Assembly: GCA_964016885.1 (NCBI GenBank) | Contig: OZ024763.1 | Location: forward strand, 20,336,001 to 20,400,000 | DNA length: 64,000 bases | From: Eledone cirrhosa | Lineage: Eukaryota | Direction: 5' to 3' | Shown: in pieces, positions 37,560 to 54,959 of the stretch | How positions within the stretch are numbered: the stretch's first letter is position 1 | Layout: every line of letters begins with the position of its first letter | The notes under the pieces: model-generated | What the model was told of the DNA's origin: nothing | Database searches by the model: none | Seen by the model: only the letters and a program-made list of their open reading frames with translations | Made by a program: the position numbers and the translations under genes

Positions 37560-37948
37560 TGAAAGGATAACAAGGACCATTGGTTACTCCTTCATTACAT
37601 TTATTGGTAGGTGACACGTGTTTCGCCACTGATCAGCTCAAGGTTCGATCTGTATCGATCTTACCCGACTCAATAATCAGCAGCTCGACGGACCCTTATA
37701 GCATTTTAAAGGGTCCGTCGAGCTGCCGATTATTGAGTCGGGTAAGATCGATACAGATCAAAACTTGAGCTGATCAGTGGCGAAACGCGCGTCACCTACC
37801 AATAAATGTAATGAAGGAGTAACCAATGGTCCTTGTTATCCTTTCAATATATTACACTCTGTCTAGCTCTACACCTCAACACAGAAGTGAACCTAAACAT
37901 CGAGTTCTCACCCGGGTGAACCTGCAGTAACTCCAAGTTACACTCCCT
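37559..37948 (+). mobile_element. Fold-back insert, family J (about 140-bp arms, hammerhead 3' half)
   Basis: Arms 37559-37698 / 37710-37848; GAAA CGCGCG UC ACCU at 37782-37797; 100-bp tail; fragment near 18276-18308. Confidence 0.75.
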
Positions 37949-38749
37949 AGATATATATAGATATATATATATAAACTGGGAGAGGATGTAGAGAGCTGAA
38001 TACCTAAGATTAATAGAGGCACCTCATACACCCACAATCACTTTGACCATCAATGGTGAGTGCTCTCATCCAATTTTCATTGTCCAGCCCACACGCATGG
38101 CCTTGTGTGTGTTGAGCTGGTACTTATCCCAGTTTCATGGCGTGAAACAACTGAGAATACAAAACTCCCTCTGGACAGGATGCCAGTCTGTCGTAGAGTT
38201 AAACCTCCAGCTATTACTGGTATCTTTAGCTGAGTATACTGGAGTAACGTGAATTAAAGTGTCTTGCTCAAGAACACAACACACACCCAATCCTATGACA
38301 TTACAACCGTAATTCCAAGTGTCCTCAGGCAGGGTAACAAATATACAAGTTAGGTTTGCATGTGATTCTCTTGGTGTAGAGAGCTTAATACCTAAGACCG
38401 AGGACCCTCACAGATCCACAGTCACCTTGACCACCAAGGGTGAAGGCCTTCTCCACCCTACAGACATAGACAGTAGACTCATTCACTCTTACAATATTCA
38501 GTACTTTTGTCCACCTTTTGGTAAATTCACTGGAATGAGGTGAGTATCTCTCTCTCTACCCACCACCTCCCCTCTCCCATATCTCCCCCTCTCACTCACC
38601 TATCACAACAATCAATAAATCTCCATTTTTATCCCCCCTCCTCAGTAATTACTCCAGTATTTATTATGTCATAAAACACTAACATAATTATTGATTATTT
38701 GATCAACATATGAACAGAAAATATCAAGTGGATTTCTAGCAGAACTGTG

Positions 38750-43670
<4,921 letters not shown>

Positions 43671-43713
43671 TTGCACACACATGCGTATATCAATATGTAT
43701 TTATATGCATGTG

Positions 43714-43761
<48 letters not shown>

Positions 43762-43826
43762 CATACACACACATGCATATATCAATATGCATGCATGTAT
43801 ATATACACATACACACGCACATATCA

Positions 43827-43862
<36 letters not shown>

Positions 43863-43984
43863 TAACCAAATGGCTTTACTTCCAGATTTTGTGCAGTTTC
43901 TTGTCTATTTACTATTGACAAACTGCTTCAATAATGTTGATACATGAAATACTACATAACCGCCATCTTGTATGGCTGCTTTCA

Positions 43985-44572
43985 GTGTGTCTCTGTGTTG
44001 ACATACATATATATATGTGTGTATATATATATATACACACACATATATGTATGTGTGTGTATACATACATATATACATGTGTGTGTGTCTGTGTTGACAT
44101 ACATATATATATGTGTACACACACACATATATATACATGTGTGTGTCTCTGAGTGTTGACATACATATATGTATGTGTGTATATATATACACACACATAT
44201 ATGTATGTGTGTATATACATATATACATGTGTGTGTCTCTGTGTTGACATACATATATGTATGTGCGTATATATATACACACACATATATGTATGTGTGT
44301 ATATACATACATATATACATGTGTGTGTCTCTGAGTGTTTACATACATATATGTATGTGTGTATATATATATATATACATGTGTGTGTCTCTGAGTGTTT
44401 ACATACATATATGTATGTGTGTATATATATACACACACACATTATGTGTGTATATACATACATATATACATGTGTGTGTCTGTGTTGACATACATATATG
44501 TACGTGTATACACACACACATATATATATATATACATGTGTGTGTCTCTGAGTGTTTACATACATATATGTA

Positions 44573-44580
<8 letters not shown>
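43985..44580. repeat. About 60-80-bp compound minisatellite (gtgtgtctctgtgttgacatacatatat...)
   Basis: Direct reading. Confidence 0.85.
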
Positions 44581-44604
<24 letters not shown>

Positions 44605-45118
44605 CATACACACACACATACATGAGTGTGCATGTGTAAATATATATATATATGTCTGTTGGTATTTGTGCATATCTATAAGAATGCATACGTGTATATA
44701 TATATGCACACACACATACAGAGAAAGAGATTCACACACACACACACACACACACACAAACATATATAGACATCCATAATTCCACACACCTCCACACACC
44801 CTGTTATATTTACAGTAGTTCCACTATCTTGACTGGTTTCTCTATGAAATTAGACATGAAAGAATGTTGTCATATATTTATGACCATACTGAAGTATCAA
44901 TAACCAGGTCATAAATATAGGACTTGATAAATGATTTATGATCCAGATTTCTTGTACTTAATTGACTTTATAGTAATGACGGTTGCACTTGATTTACTTT
45001 TAAAATGTCTCATTAGATGTGTTGTTTTTGGTTGTGCCTTTGATTGATAATTATGTTTTTCTGATATTTTCTCAGTCAATACCTTATATTGTAATAGACC
45101 ACAACAGTATTGTCATAT

Positions 45119-45160
<42 letters not shown>

Positions 45161-45889
45161 AAAGAGTCAGGATTGACTCAGTCAGATTAGACCAGGAGGG
45201 TGAGGATTGACTCAGTCAGATTTAAATGCACACATGACTGTAAATACGACACCCCTACAAGAATAGTTAAGTGTCTATAACAACAACGCATTTAAGAGAC
45301 TGAAAACCTTACTAATGTGTTTTTATTTTGGTACTTGAAAACAAAATTTAAAAACAAATTATATATTTAATTTCACGTAAGTCAAATACAATGTATTTAA
45401 ATGAATCTACAGATGGAGTTGCAATATCTGCCAGGACTTTGGATTAAAACTTCTTTTCAAAGGAATAATAAAGATATACACACACATCTCTAGTGGAGAT
45501 ATTTCTGAGATTGGAAACCCTATCGATCTATGTATTTTGTCATTGAAAAGTTATCAAAAATGTTTTATTATATATACATATGTATGTTTTCGATACCTGC
45601 CAGAGCTTATGAAATAGTAAAATATATATTTTTTTTTCAATTATGTCAAACATCGTATGTGGTTCTTTATTAAAGAAATGCTAAAATAGATTTAAATATA
45701 TAAAATTTGCACAGTAGAATTACGACCAATTGGTAAAGTGCTGGTATCGTTGGTAGTGGTAGTGTAGGTTCGAGCCGAAGGGGAACTAACAAGGTGGCTT
45801 CTAGATGATCGTGGTCCCGGGTAGCCCAGAAGGTAGAGACCATTCTTTTAAATTCAAAAAATAAAAATGTTTTAAATTTAAGTTAAAGA

Positions 45890-46300
45890 TCGAAACCTTA
45901 TCTCCAATCTATATATATCTATAGGAATTAGGTTTAAACATTTACGGACATATTGCCCAAGGAGGGAATATTTCACACACACACAGACACACGACACACA
46001 CACGAACCAAGTATGATAGATTTAAAGTTAGTAAAGATTATTGCAAACGGAGACATTGTAGGTTCAAATCAACCATGGAGCGATAAGAAACAAAATTAAG
46101 ACTTGCTTCATGAAAGACGAGGTCGACCGTTTTTAGTAGTAATAACATTGAGTAAAGCATGAACGCCACCACGTAAATTTTGCTTGGTTGGAAATAGAAA
46201 GTAGGTTTATAAATATTAATTTTCATACGGTTTCTGTGGCCTAGTCGGAAATAAGAGAGACAGTGGAGATCCTGGTTCGGGGTTCAATCTTGGCCAGAAT
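45890..46300. repeat. About 400-bp dispersed repeat with Helitron-like end and tRNA-like segment
   Basis: Copies at 48830-49250 and 53410-53860, and inverted at 46370-46590. Shared gtatgatagatttaaagttagtaaa (reverse complement atctttactaac) and tggcctagtcgg...ggttcaatcttggccag. Confidence 0.6.
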
Positions 46301-47129
46301 TAAAGAAGACTCGCGAGAAGGCATCGTTTTTTTTTTATCTCTTGTAAAATGGAAAAAAAAAAAAGTGTAGCTCCTGGCCGAGATTGAACCCCAGGCCATG
46401 ATCTTCTCATATACCTACCGATAGGCCACAGAGACAACTACAAAAATAAAATGAAAATTAATATTTATTAACCTAGTTTTCTATTTCCAAGCAAAATTCA
46501 CGTTGTGGCGTTCGTTTCCTTCTCGCTGCTATTCGTACCACAAACGGTCGACCTTGTCTTTTATCCCTCTGGGGCTTTCATAAACCTACCTTGTATTTCG
46601 AAGCAAAAGAGACGCTGTGGCATTCATGGCATTCTCAGCCTTATTGAAATTACAAAGGTGACGACATTGGCTTTTATTCTCCTGGGAATATCATAAAATA
46701 CATCTTTACATTGTTTTTCATCTCTCTAAGGTTGATTTCATCCTACAACCAGATTGTCTGCAGTGGCCTTCTTCAAGTGTCGTCTGTGTGTTGTTTGAAT
46801 AATCTCTGTTAAAATCTGTAACCCTGACTACACATTATAGCAACAACCACGACATAACAGGCCCCCGTTAAAAATAGCCTACTGTAATTCTTGATTAAGA
46901 TTCAACCCTGTCACTTTATCTCACTACTTATTCAGGGACCAAGGTCCTTAAACTGGGAGAATGTTAATAAGGAGAGAAGAGTGTATCCTTATTTGGACCG
47001 TCTTTCCAGTTAACACGGTATATAAATGACACTTGTTGGGACCTAACACTAAACATGTGATGTTCACCGTTGTCAGCTAAACACACTGCCAGTTAGCTTT
47101 CAGCAACGGTGAAAGGCGGTCGTGATATT

Positions 47130-49250
47130 TCTGCCCCTCACCCAACAAATTGGGAATATGTGTCAATTTGAATTTAAAGGTAGCTAACCATCTTACTGAA
47201 AAGTGCCCCACACCAAGTCCGATTATAGGAATGATAAAATATTACTTTACCCAGCTAAATAATGTGCGATACTACTTAGAATATTATCTGCAGGGTAAAG
47301 TAATATTTTATCATAAAATACCAGAATTATTAAGAAATCTGTCTTCAGAAGAAAGATGTAAAAACTTAGGAAGAGCTAAAGCTAAGGGGATACATCATAG
47401 AAATATTTAAGATGATGAAAGGATTTGAAATTACAGAAGAAAATGTAAGAAGAGGACACCATTATACTGTTTATAAGAAACAATGCTCTAAAGACATCAG
47501 AAAAAATATTTTCTCAAAAAGATATTAGTGATGGAATAGTTTGTTTAATCGTGGAGCAGACGACACAACAGTAAATGATTATAAAAAGATATGACAGATG
47601 AACGAATGAATAGATTGAAATATTTGTGATGCTGAGTAAAAGAGAGCAGAAAGCATTGTAGTGAATTTGAACTTGCTATGGCAATAAGAAAAGAACACAG
47701 CAAATCTTTCATTACGTTCGTTAAAGATTTAATTTACTACATACTTTCGATGTGTATCTGTGGTTGGCTAAATATAAACTTTAACATTAGTTCATTATGC
47801 CTGTCTTCCAAATTCATGTTGTTAAAGTATATCAATCAGGATAATGTCATTTCTAAATCTACAAAAATAAACAAAACACAAAATCGTAATGTATACCTTT
47901 GAAAGTATATCTCGATGAAATATGTATTATTATAAGTAAGTTTTGAGGAAACTAATCGGATGTGAGAGGAGGGGCATTAAACTATATTTATGTCGTGAAA
48001 AATGTCTAACTTCAGACAGTAAATTGTGGCCGAGATTCTTTCTGCCATCGAGTGTTTCTTTGAACGTCATTTTAAAATATTTGTCGCTCTTTAAAGATGG
48101 ATTATCTTTTGTAAAAGTAATTATAGATTATTCATGGCTGGTCTGTGTGGTTTGTTTTGATGCAGCATCTGTCTTGTAGACAGGTTAAATTTGATCAAGT
48201 GGAACATGAATCTTGAAATTGAAATATTTCATAAAAGACACACCTTATGTTTATCTCAGGTATTGCGGTAGATGTCCTGGGGTCTCCTGTTTGTAAAGTA
48301 ATCCAAAAAACAAGACAACATTCAGTAAACCTTGGTAATAATCCAGTTTCACCGTAGCTGACATTTACAATAGAAAATGGCAAGAAAAAAACAAAACAAA
48401 AGGCACACTGAGCAGTTAATGTATTGAAAGTCACAATAAAAATAAAACTACTGAATAAAAAGTCTTACTTCAATTATTTTATTTATTGTTAATGCATAAT
48501 CTAATTAAAATTTATATATATATATATATATACCGCGAGAGTCCCATCAATTATGTTGATATCAATATGTGACTGGTACTATATTTTATCTATCCAAAAA
48601 TAAAAAAAATTGAACATTAATCTGGGCCAGATTTTCACTGAGAACACAAAAAGGTGAATTAATATCATTAAAAAACTGAGGTGTTAATATTTTATCATTT
48701 AGTTACAAAGTCTTGTGAGACTCGGTAGTTTGTGGTGCTGTCAGGAGTTCAATCTTTAGCTGGAGATATAGAATTTATTTATACATATCGCTACTTAGTT
48801 GAAATTGTGTAAAATTACTGCAAAACATATTGTAGGTTCAGATCTTACACTGGTACATATGTTATCTATATAGGAATCGGGTTCAAAAATTTACGGACAT
48901 ATCGTACGAGGTGGGAATATTTCACATACACAAACCTGGTATGATAGATTTAAAGTTAGTAAACATTATTGTAGACGGAGGCATTTTAGGTTCAAATCAA
49001 CTGTAGAGCGATAAGAAACAAAATGAAGATTTAATTTATGAAAGTCCCAGGAGGATGAAAGACAAAGTCGACCATTTTTTAGTAGCAATAACATTGAGTA
49101 AGGCATGAATGCCACCACATCAATTTTGTTGGAAATAGAAAAGTAGGTTTATAAATATTCCAAGTATTTTTGTAGCCGTCTCATTGGCTTAATGGTAGGT
49201 ATGAGAGACGGTGGAGATCCTGGTCTGGGTTTCGATCTTGGCCAGAATCT
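47130..49250. repeat. Old local segmental duplication (paralogue at 52215-53860) containing a decayed CR1-like 3' end
   Basis: Colinear blocks, e.g. tcaatttgaatttaaaggtagctaaccat (47163/52251) and gctatggcaataagaaaagaacacagc (47675/52673). CR1-like motifs LEYYVQVWSP...LERIQRR...IPELLRN...LRGDVIEIFKIM. Confidence 0.8.
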
Positions 49251-49368
49251 TTTGCCAATTTTTTTCATCTTCAACGCCAATACAATCTATTGAAAATTGA
49301 AATAAGATATTGATTGAAATGAAACACTTACATACAGGATTTTTCGGAATATGTTTTGAGGAAGAGTT

Positions 49369-49949
49369 TTTAGCAGTATTGGTTATTGAGTAGTCGCCAC
49401 TTTAGCAGGGTGGTAGAATCAGTGGTCGTTACTTTAACAGGGTAGATGATTGAAGGTCGTTAGTTGCCAGTGTGGTAAGTGATAGTATCCTCGTAGGATT
49501 ATCTTGTTGACATAGACGTGAGGGAAGGTCCCTCGATCTATTTACCATCTATTTACAATATTCCTTTCGTCAGGTCGCCAATTCCAGCAGCATGGATTAT
49601 AGATGTTATTGAGACACGAGTAACATAACAACGATTTCAACAGCAGTAATTAGAGATGAAATGTATGTTTATTTATATGGTTGAAGTTACAGATAAAAAG
49701 AGGTTACAAAAGGGAATGTGCCATTGCGCCGTTAAGCCGGCGAGGCTAGGGTGCAAATCTCACCGTTACATTATGCGTGTTGCTGGCTTGAAGTTTCCGG
49801 TACAAGAGAGAGATTCTTCAAATCTTCGCGGAGAATTTCTTCCTCAGGGCGCGTAGGGATACATCCTTTTCTACTGGCGCTGATTGGCTGAACTGAGCCA
49901 AATCACGCACAGAGAATGTATGTGAGCCCGCGGAATGTAGGTCACTACA
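49369..49949 (-). repeat. 3' LTR
   Basis: Minus strand TGTAGTGACC...CTGCTAAA. Confidence 0.85.
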
Positions 49950-51515
49950 TCACCTCCGACCAGATTTCCAGCCGAAAATCGATAACGAAGAAACCAAGGA
50001 CCCACATATTAAATCAGCAAGAACAAATGCTGAAAGAGCACATCAGTGAAAAAAATAATTGAGCAGAAGGTTGCATGCAAGAACAAAAAATGAGGCGCTA
50101 CGGGCCGTGTTGAGCCGCTGTGTCAAATGACCAGTTGTTTTGTTGTTTATACGTGACCGCCAAAGGTCTAACAAAAAACGGATAAAGTCTGACATGGGCG
50201 AAGTTGCTGTTCTTGCATTAAATGTTAATGGTAAGCGTTGTACCAGTAGCTGTGAACGAAGCTATTATGGTAGTTTACCAGTGCTGGCGAGAAAATGATG
50301 GCCCCCAGATGTATTGTCGAATGTGCTGTGGAGCCAGGAAAAAATGGCTGGTTGCTTTGTAAAGAAAAAAAAGCAAGTTTAATCTGTAGGTGGGCTGCAG
50401 TGTAAATTCCATAATTCGGGCGAATCCACAGAAGTGGCCGAAATGATGACAAGTCCAGTTCAATTTGCTTTCCCAGCGAGTCGGGCAAAAACAACAAGAC
50501 GGATGGCCGTCATGGACGATCAGTGTGCAACGAGATGCGAAGCTGTTTGAGTTCAGCTGCAATTAGTATTCTCGTGTTGCGGTGCCTGTTTGAATCCAGT
50601 GGATTAAGCTCTGTGAGCTGCTAGCATGTGACAGCACCTCGACCAGGTGAAAAGGGACTCGCAGAACATTACGTTTGAAGAACATATACCAAGAACAACA
50701 TGTTGGTGTGATAAAAAAAATGTGTGCATATGCAGGCATGTAAAACAGCAAAGAATGTGAATGAACAAAAACCATGAGCAAACAGATAGCAAAAGAGCAC
50801 AAAACAAGTAAATGCATTCTACAAAGAAATATGTGAATGTAACAAACTGATAATTCAAAGTCAATATAAGGGAGCAGAGAAATTGCTCAATAAGTTCAAA
50901 GTTTTTCAAAGTCAAATAGTTCACACATCACCAGTGTACAGACACTAGTTCTATCTGAAAACTGAAAAAGAAGTTTGCTAATGCCGTTAGGGGTTAGATG
51001 TATGGTGTTTTTGTGAGATTTCGTGGCCATCTTGTGTGGCATAAGGTTGTGTTGCTTATTGTTAAAGCAAAGTCAAAGAATCTTCTGTAGAGTAGCGGTC
51101 ACCAAATATGGCACCCACGTCTGACGCCATAATGGTGAGAAAACTACTGTCTCAATTTCTCGCGTCCCTGTGGTAACGAGACAGAAGGTATGGTGGTTGC
51201 GTCGGTAAAGTTACAAGCCGTTTTGAAATGTCCGATGTGTGGTGGTTTGCGTCGGTAAGGCTATGAAGCTGCCACTCACTGTTCCCTGTATTGGTCAGTG
51301 GTTAAGCAACGCTGTCGCTGCTGCTGTCGTTGTTGTTGGTAGCCATTTTGAAATTTCTTCGTGGCGAAAAGTTTTTGAAATACTGCTAATTTTTCAAAAA
51401 TCTTAGAAGGAATATTTTTTATTTTCGCAAGTTGCGAAAAGGTTGGCAACGTGGCAATAAAAGTTCAACTGAATGAAAAAGAAGGGCTGCGTTAAATTCT
51501 TACGTCGGTCACCAC

Positions 51516-52111
51516 TTTAGCAGTATTAGTTATTATTGTAGTCGCCACTTTAGCAGGGTGGTAGAATCAGTGGTCGTTACTTTAACAGGGTAGTAGAATC
51601 AGTGGTCGTTACTTTAACAGGGTAGATGATTGAAGGTCGTTAGTTGCCAGTGTGGTAAGTGATAGTATCCTCGTTGGATTATCTTGTTGACATAGACGTG
51701 AGGGAAGGTCCCTCGATCTATTTACCATCTATTTACAATATTCCTTTCGTCAGGTCGCCAATTCCAGCAGCATGGATTATAGATGTTATAACGAGTAACA
51801 TAACAACGATTTCAACAGCAGTAATTAGAGATGAAATGTATGTTTATTTATATGGTTGAAGTTACAGATAAAAAGAGGTTACAAAAGGGAATGTGCCATT
51901 GCGCCGTTAAGCCGGCGAGGCTAGGGTGCAAATCTCACCGTTACATTATGCGTGTTGCTGGCTTGAAGTTTCCGGTACAAGAGAGAGATTCTTCAAATCT
52001 TCGCGGGGAATTTCTTCCTCAGGGCGCGTAGGGATACATCCTCTTCTACTGGCGCTGAGCCAAATCACGCACAGAGAATGTATGTGAGCCCGCGGAATGT
52101 AGGTCACTACA
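51516..52111 (-). repeat. 5' LTR
   Basis: Direct repeat of 49369-49949 with one extra unit of about 32 bp and small indels. Confidence 0.85.
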
Positions 52112-52967
52112 AGTTAATATGCAGATATACTTTAATTATCATATTAGTATCTTGAATGTATAAGACGCCAGCAGGTTTTAACATCGAATATTGATATAAA
52201 AATGTGTCTCTTGTTTCACCCACCCCCAACAAATTTAGAATATATATATCAATTTGAATTTAAAGGTAGCTAACCATATCACAGAAAACAAACAACCCCA
52301 AGTCCGATTATGGGAATGATAAAATATTATTTTACCTAGCTAAATACAGAAATATTAAAACTCTAGATATGTGTGATACGACTTAGAATATTATGTGCAG
52401 GTATGGTCACCCAACTTCAGAAAGAACAGAGAAGCTGTTGAAAGAATCCAGAGAAGAAAAAAGCATGAAATACCAGAATTATTAAGAAATATGTAGAATC
52501 TTAGGAATTACAACTTTGGAGGAGATAAAGCTAAGGGGAGACGTGATAGAAATATTTAAGATAATGAAATGATTTGAAATTACAGAAGAAAGATGAAGTA
52601 CGAATGAATAGATTGAAATATTTGTGATGCTGAGTAAAAGTGAGCAGAAATCATTGTAGTGAATTTGAATTTGCTATGGCAATAAGAAAAGAACACAGCA
52701 AATCTTTCATTATTGTATTTAGTTACGTTCGTTAAAGATTTAATTTACTAAATACTTTCGATGTGTGTTTGTAGTTGGCTAAATATAAACTTGAAAATTA
52801 GTTCATTATGTCGGTATTCCTATTTCATGTTGATAAAGTATAATATCAATCAGGATAATATCATAGATTTTCTACATGATCGTAACGTCATTTCTAAACC
52901 TACAAATTACTAGAAAAGGTAAAAAAATAAACAAAACACATCATTATGTATATCTCTATAAAATATG

Positions 52968-53027
<60 letters not shown>

Positions 53028-54619
53028 TCTTTGTCTATAACCGAGGCAAAAATCAGAAATTTACAAGGAGAGTTCGATCGATTAAATTGATCTCAGTATG
53101 TGACTGGTACTATATTTTATCCATCCAAAAAGAAAAGAAATGAAAATTAATCAGGGCCAGATTTTTACCGAGAACAGAAAAAGGTGAAGTAATATCATTA
53201 AAAATGAAGTGTTAATATTTTATTATTTAGCTACAAAGTCGTGTGAGACTCGGTAGTTTAGTTGTTAAATATTTAACGTAGTTTATGGTGCTGTCAGGAG
53301 TTCAATCTTTAGCTGGAGATATAGAATTTCTTTTATTGTTAACGAACAGGAAAAAAACATATACATATCGCTATTTAGATTAATTTGTGTAAAATTACTG
53401 CAAAACATATCATTGTAGGTTCAGATCTTACACTGGTACATATGTTATCTCTATAGGAATCGGGTTAAACAATTTACAGATATATCGTACGAGGTGGGAG
53501 TATTTCTCTCTCTCACACACACACCCCCGCGCGAACCAGGTATGATAGATTTAAAGTTAGTAAACATTATTGTGCCTAAAGTAGAAACAATTATTGCAGA
53601 CGGAGACATTGTAGGTTCAAATCATCCATAGAGCGATAAGAAAGAAAGTGAAGATTTAATTTATTAAAGACCCAGGAGGATGAGAGACAAAGTCGACCCT
53701 TTTGAGTAGCAATAACATTGAGTAAGGCATGAACGCCACCACGTGAATTTTACTTGAAAATAGAAAAGTAGGTTTATATATATGAATTTTCATAATATTT
53801 TATAGCAGTCTCGTGGCCTATTGGTAGGTATCAGAGACGGTGGAGATCCTGGTCTGGCGTTCAGTAGTAAGTGAGAAAGAGATATAGAGAAAGAAAAGAC
53901 CCCAGTACTAGACTGGTACTTTTTTATCGACCTCAAAAGAATGAAAGGCAAAGGCTCGGGATTTGAACTGAGAGAGCCGAAAGCCGGAATGGTCACCATA
54001 AAGTATTCTATCTAACGTAACAACTCTGCCACCTTCTAATGTCATGTACACTCAAACAAATCTGACATTCTCCAAATCTACCGGATATTTCTTCTTCTCT
54101 TATCTTCTCTTATGGGTTTTATTCTACCTGTACCAGGTAAGTATTGGCTATTTCGCTACTAATCCAACAGATTGTTCTGGAAAAACAAACTTACAACTAC
54201 TGTAAACAGAGGAAACTAACCTACTTAGTAACACCTTGGGTGGTTATATTTGTTTTCAACTTAAAAATGAATACCTGTCCAGTTTTTCACCTGAGAGAAA
54301 TAAAATAAAGACATTCTAATGTTTCTGGAGAAAATTCAAAATAAAAATTCAAACAAAATATTTTTCTAAGGTAAAAAAAAAAAAATTTCTAACAAATATT
54401 TTACAAATATTTAAAGAAAGATGAAAGTCTTTACTTTAAATGTATCTATCTTCTCTGTGAGAAGAACTATTCCTTAATAAGCTTTAGTCTTTAAGTTAAT
54501 CTGAGGACACAACACTTTAAGTAAATATGAAGACATGACACTGAGTTAAAATGACACACCTGCCAACCTCTAAAAACCCAACGGCGAGAAATGAAGCAAA
54601 ATAGGGGAGATTTTATATA

Positions 54620-54822
54620 ATGGTTTCTTATATAAGCACAAGGCCAGTAATATGGGGGGGGGGGGAGTCGATTAAATCAACCCCAGTGCGTGACTGGTAC
54701 TTTATTTTATCGACCTCGTAAAGCAAAGTTAACCTCGGCGGGATTTGAACTCAGATCATAAAGGGCCGTAACTCTATGCTGCAAAGCATGGTGTCTGACC
54801 CTCTACCAATACTACCAATCTC
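54620..54822 (-). mobile_element. tRNA-derived SINE (Meta-like)
   Basis: Reverse complement of the 5667/58281 family. Confidence 0.85.
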
Positions 54823-54959
54823 CCTTGGGGGAGATTTTACATAATGAAAGCTATCCCTATTTTCACAAGAGAAGACATCTCTTCTTCGGATGGGGAGAGT
54901 TGATAGTTCTGAAATGAGGACATCACACTTTAAGTTAATATAAGGACATGGTATTTTAA

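Larger units (their letters stand above)
49369..52111 (-). mobile_element. Complete non-autonomous LTR retrotransposon (Gypsy-like)
   Basis: Two highly similar LTRs, 4-bp TSD AGTT (49365-49368 / 52112-52115), minus-strand PBS tggtgaccgacgt (51502-51514, tRNA-Trp-like), purine-rich ggtcggaggtga before the 3' LTR, no intact pol. Confidence 0.85.

Noticed and set aside
37770-37793. Compact hammerhead CUGAUCA GUGGC GAAA CGCGCG UC
   Set aside because: G8 is missing and there is no stem I pairing. More likely the 3' strand of a long stem II.
38340-38545. Possible exon ending gag|gtgagt
   Set aside because: No convincing acceptor, reading frame or protein similarity.
49656-49856. Duplicated 66-aa ORF (also 51831-52031)
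   Set aside because: Lies within the two LTRs; no recognisable domain.
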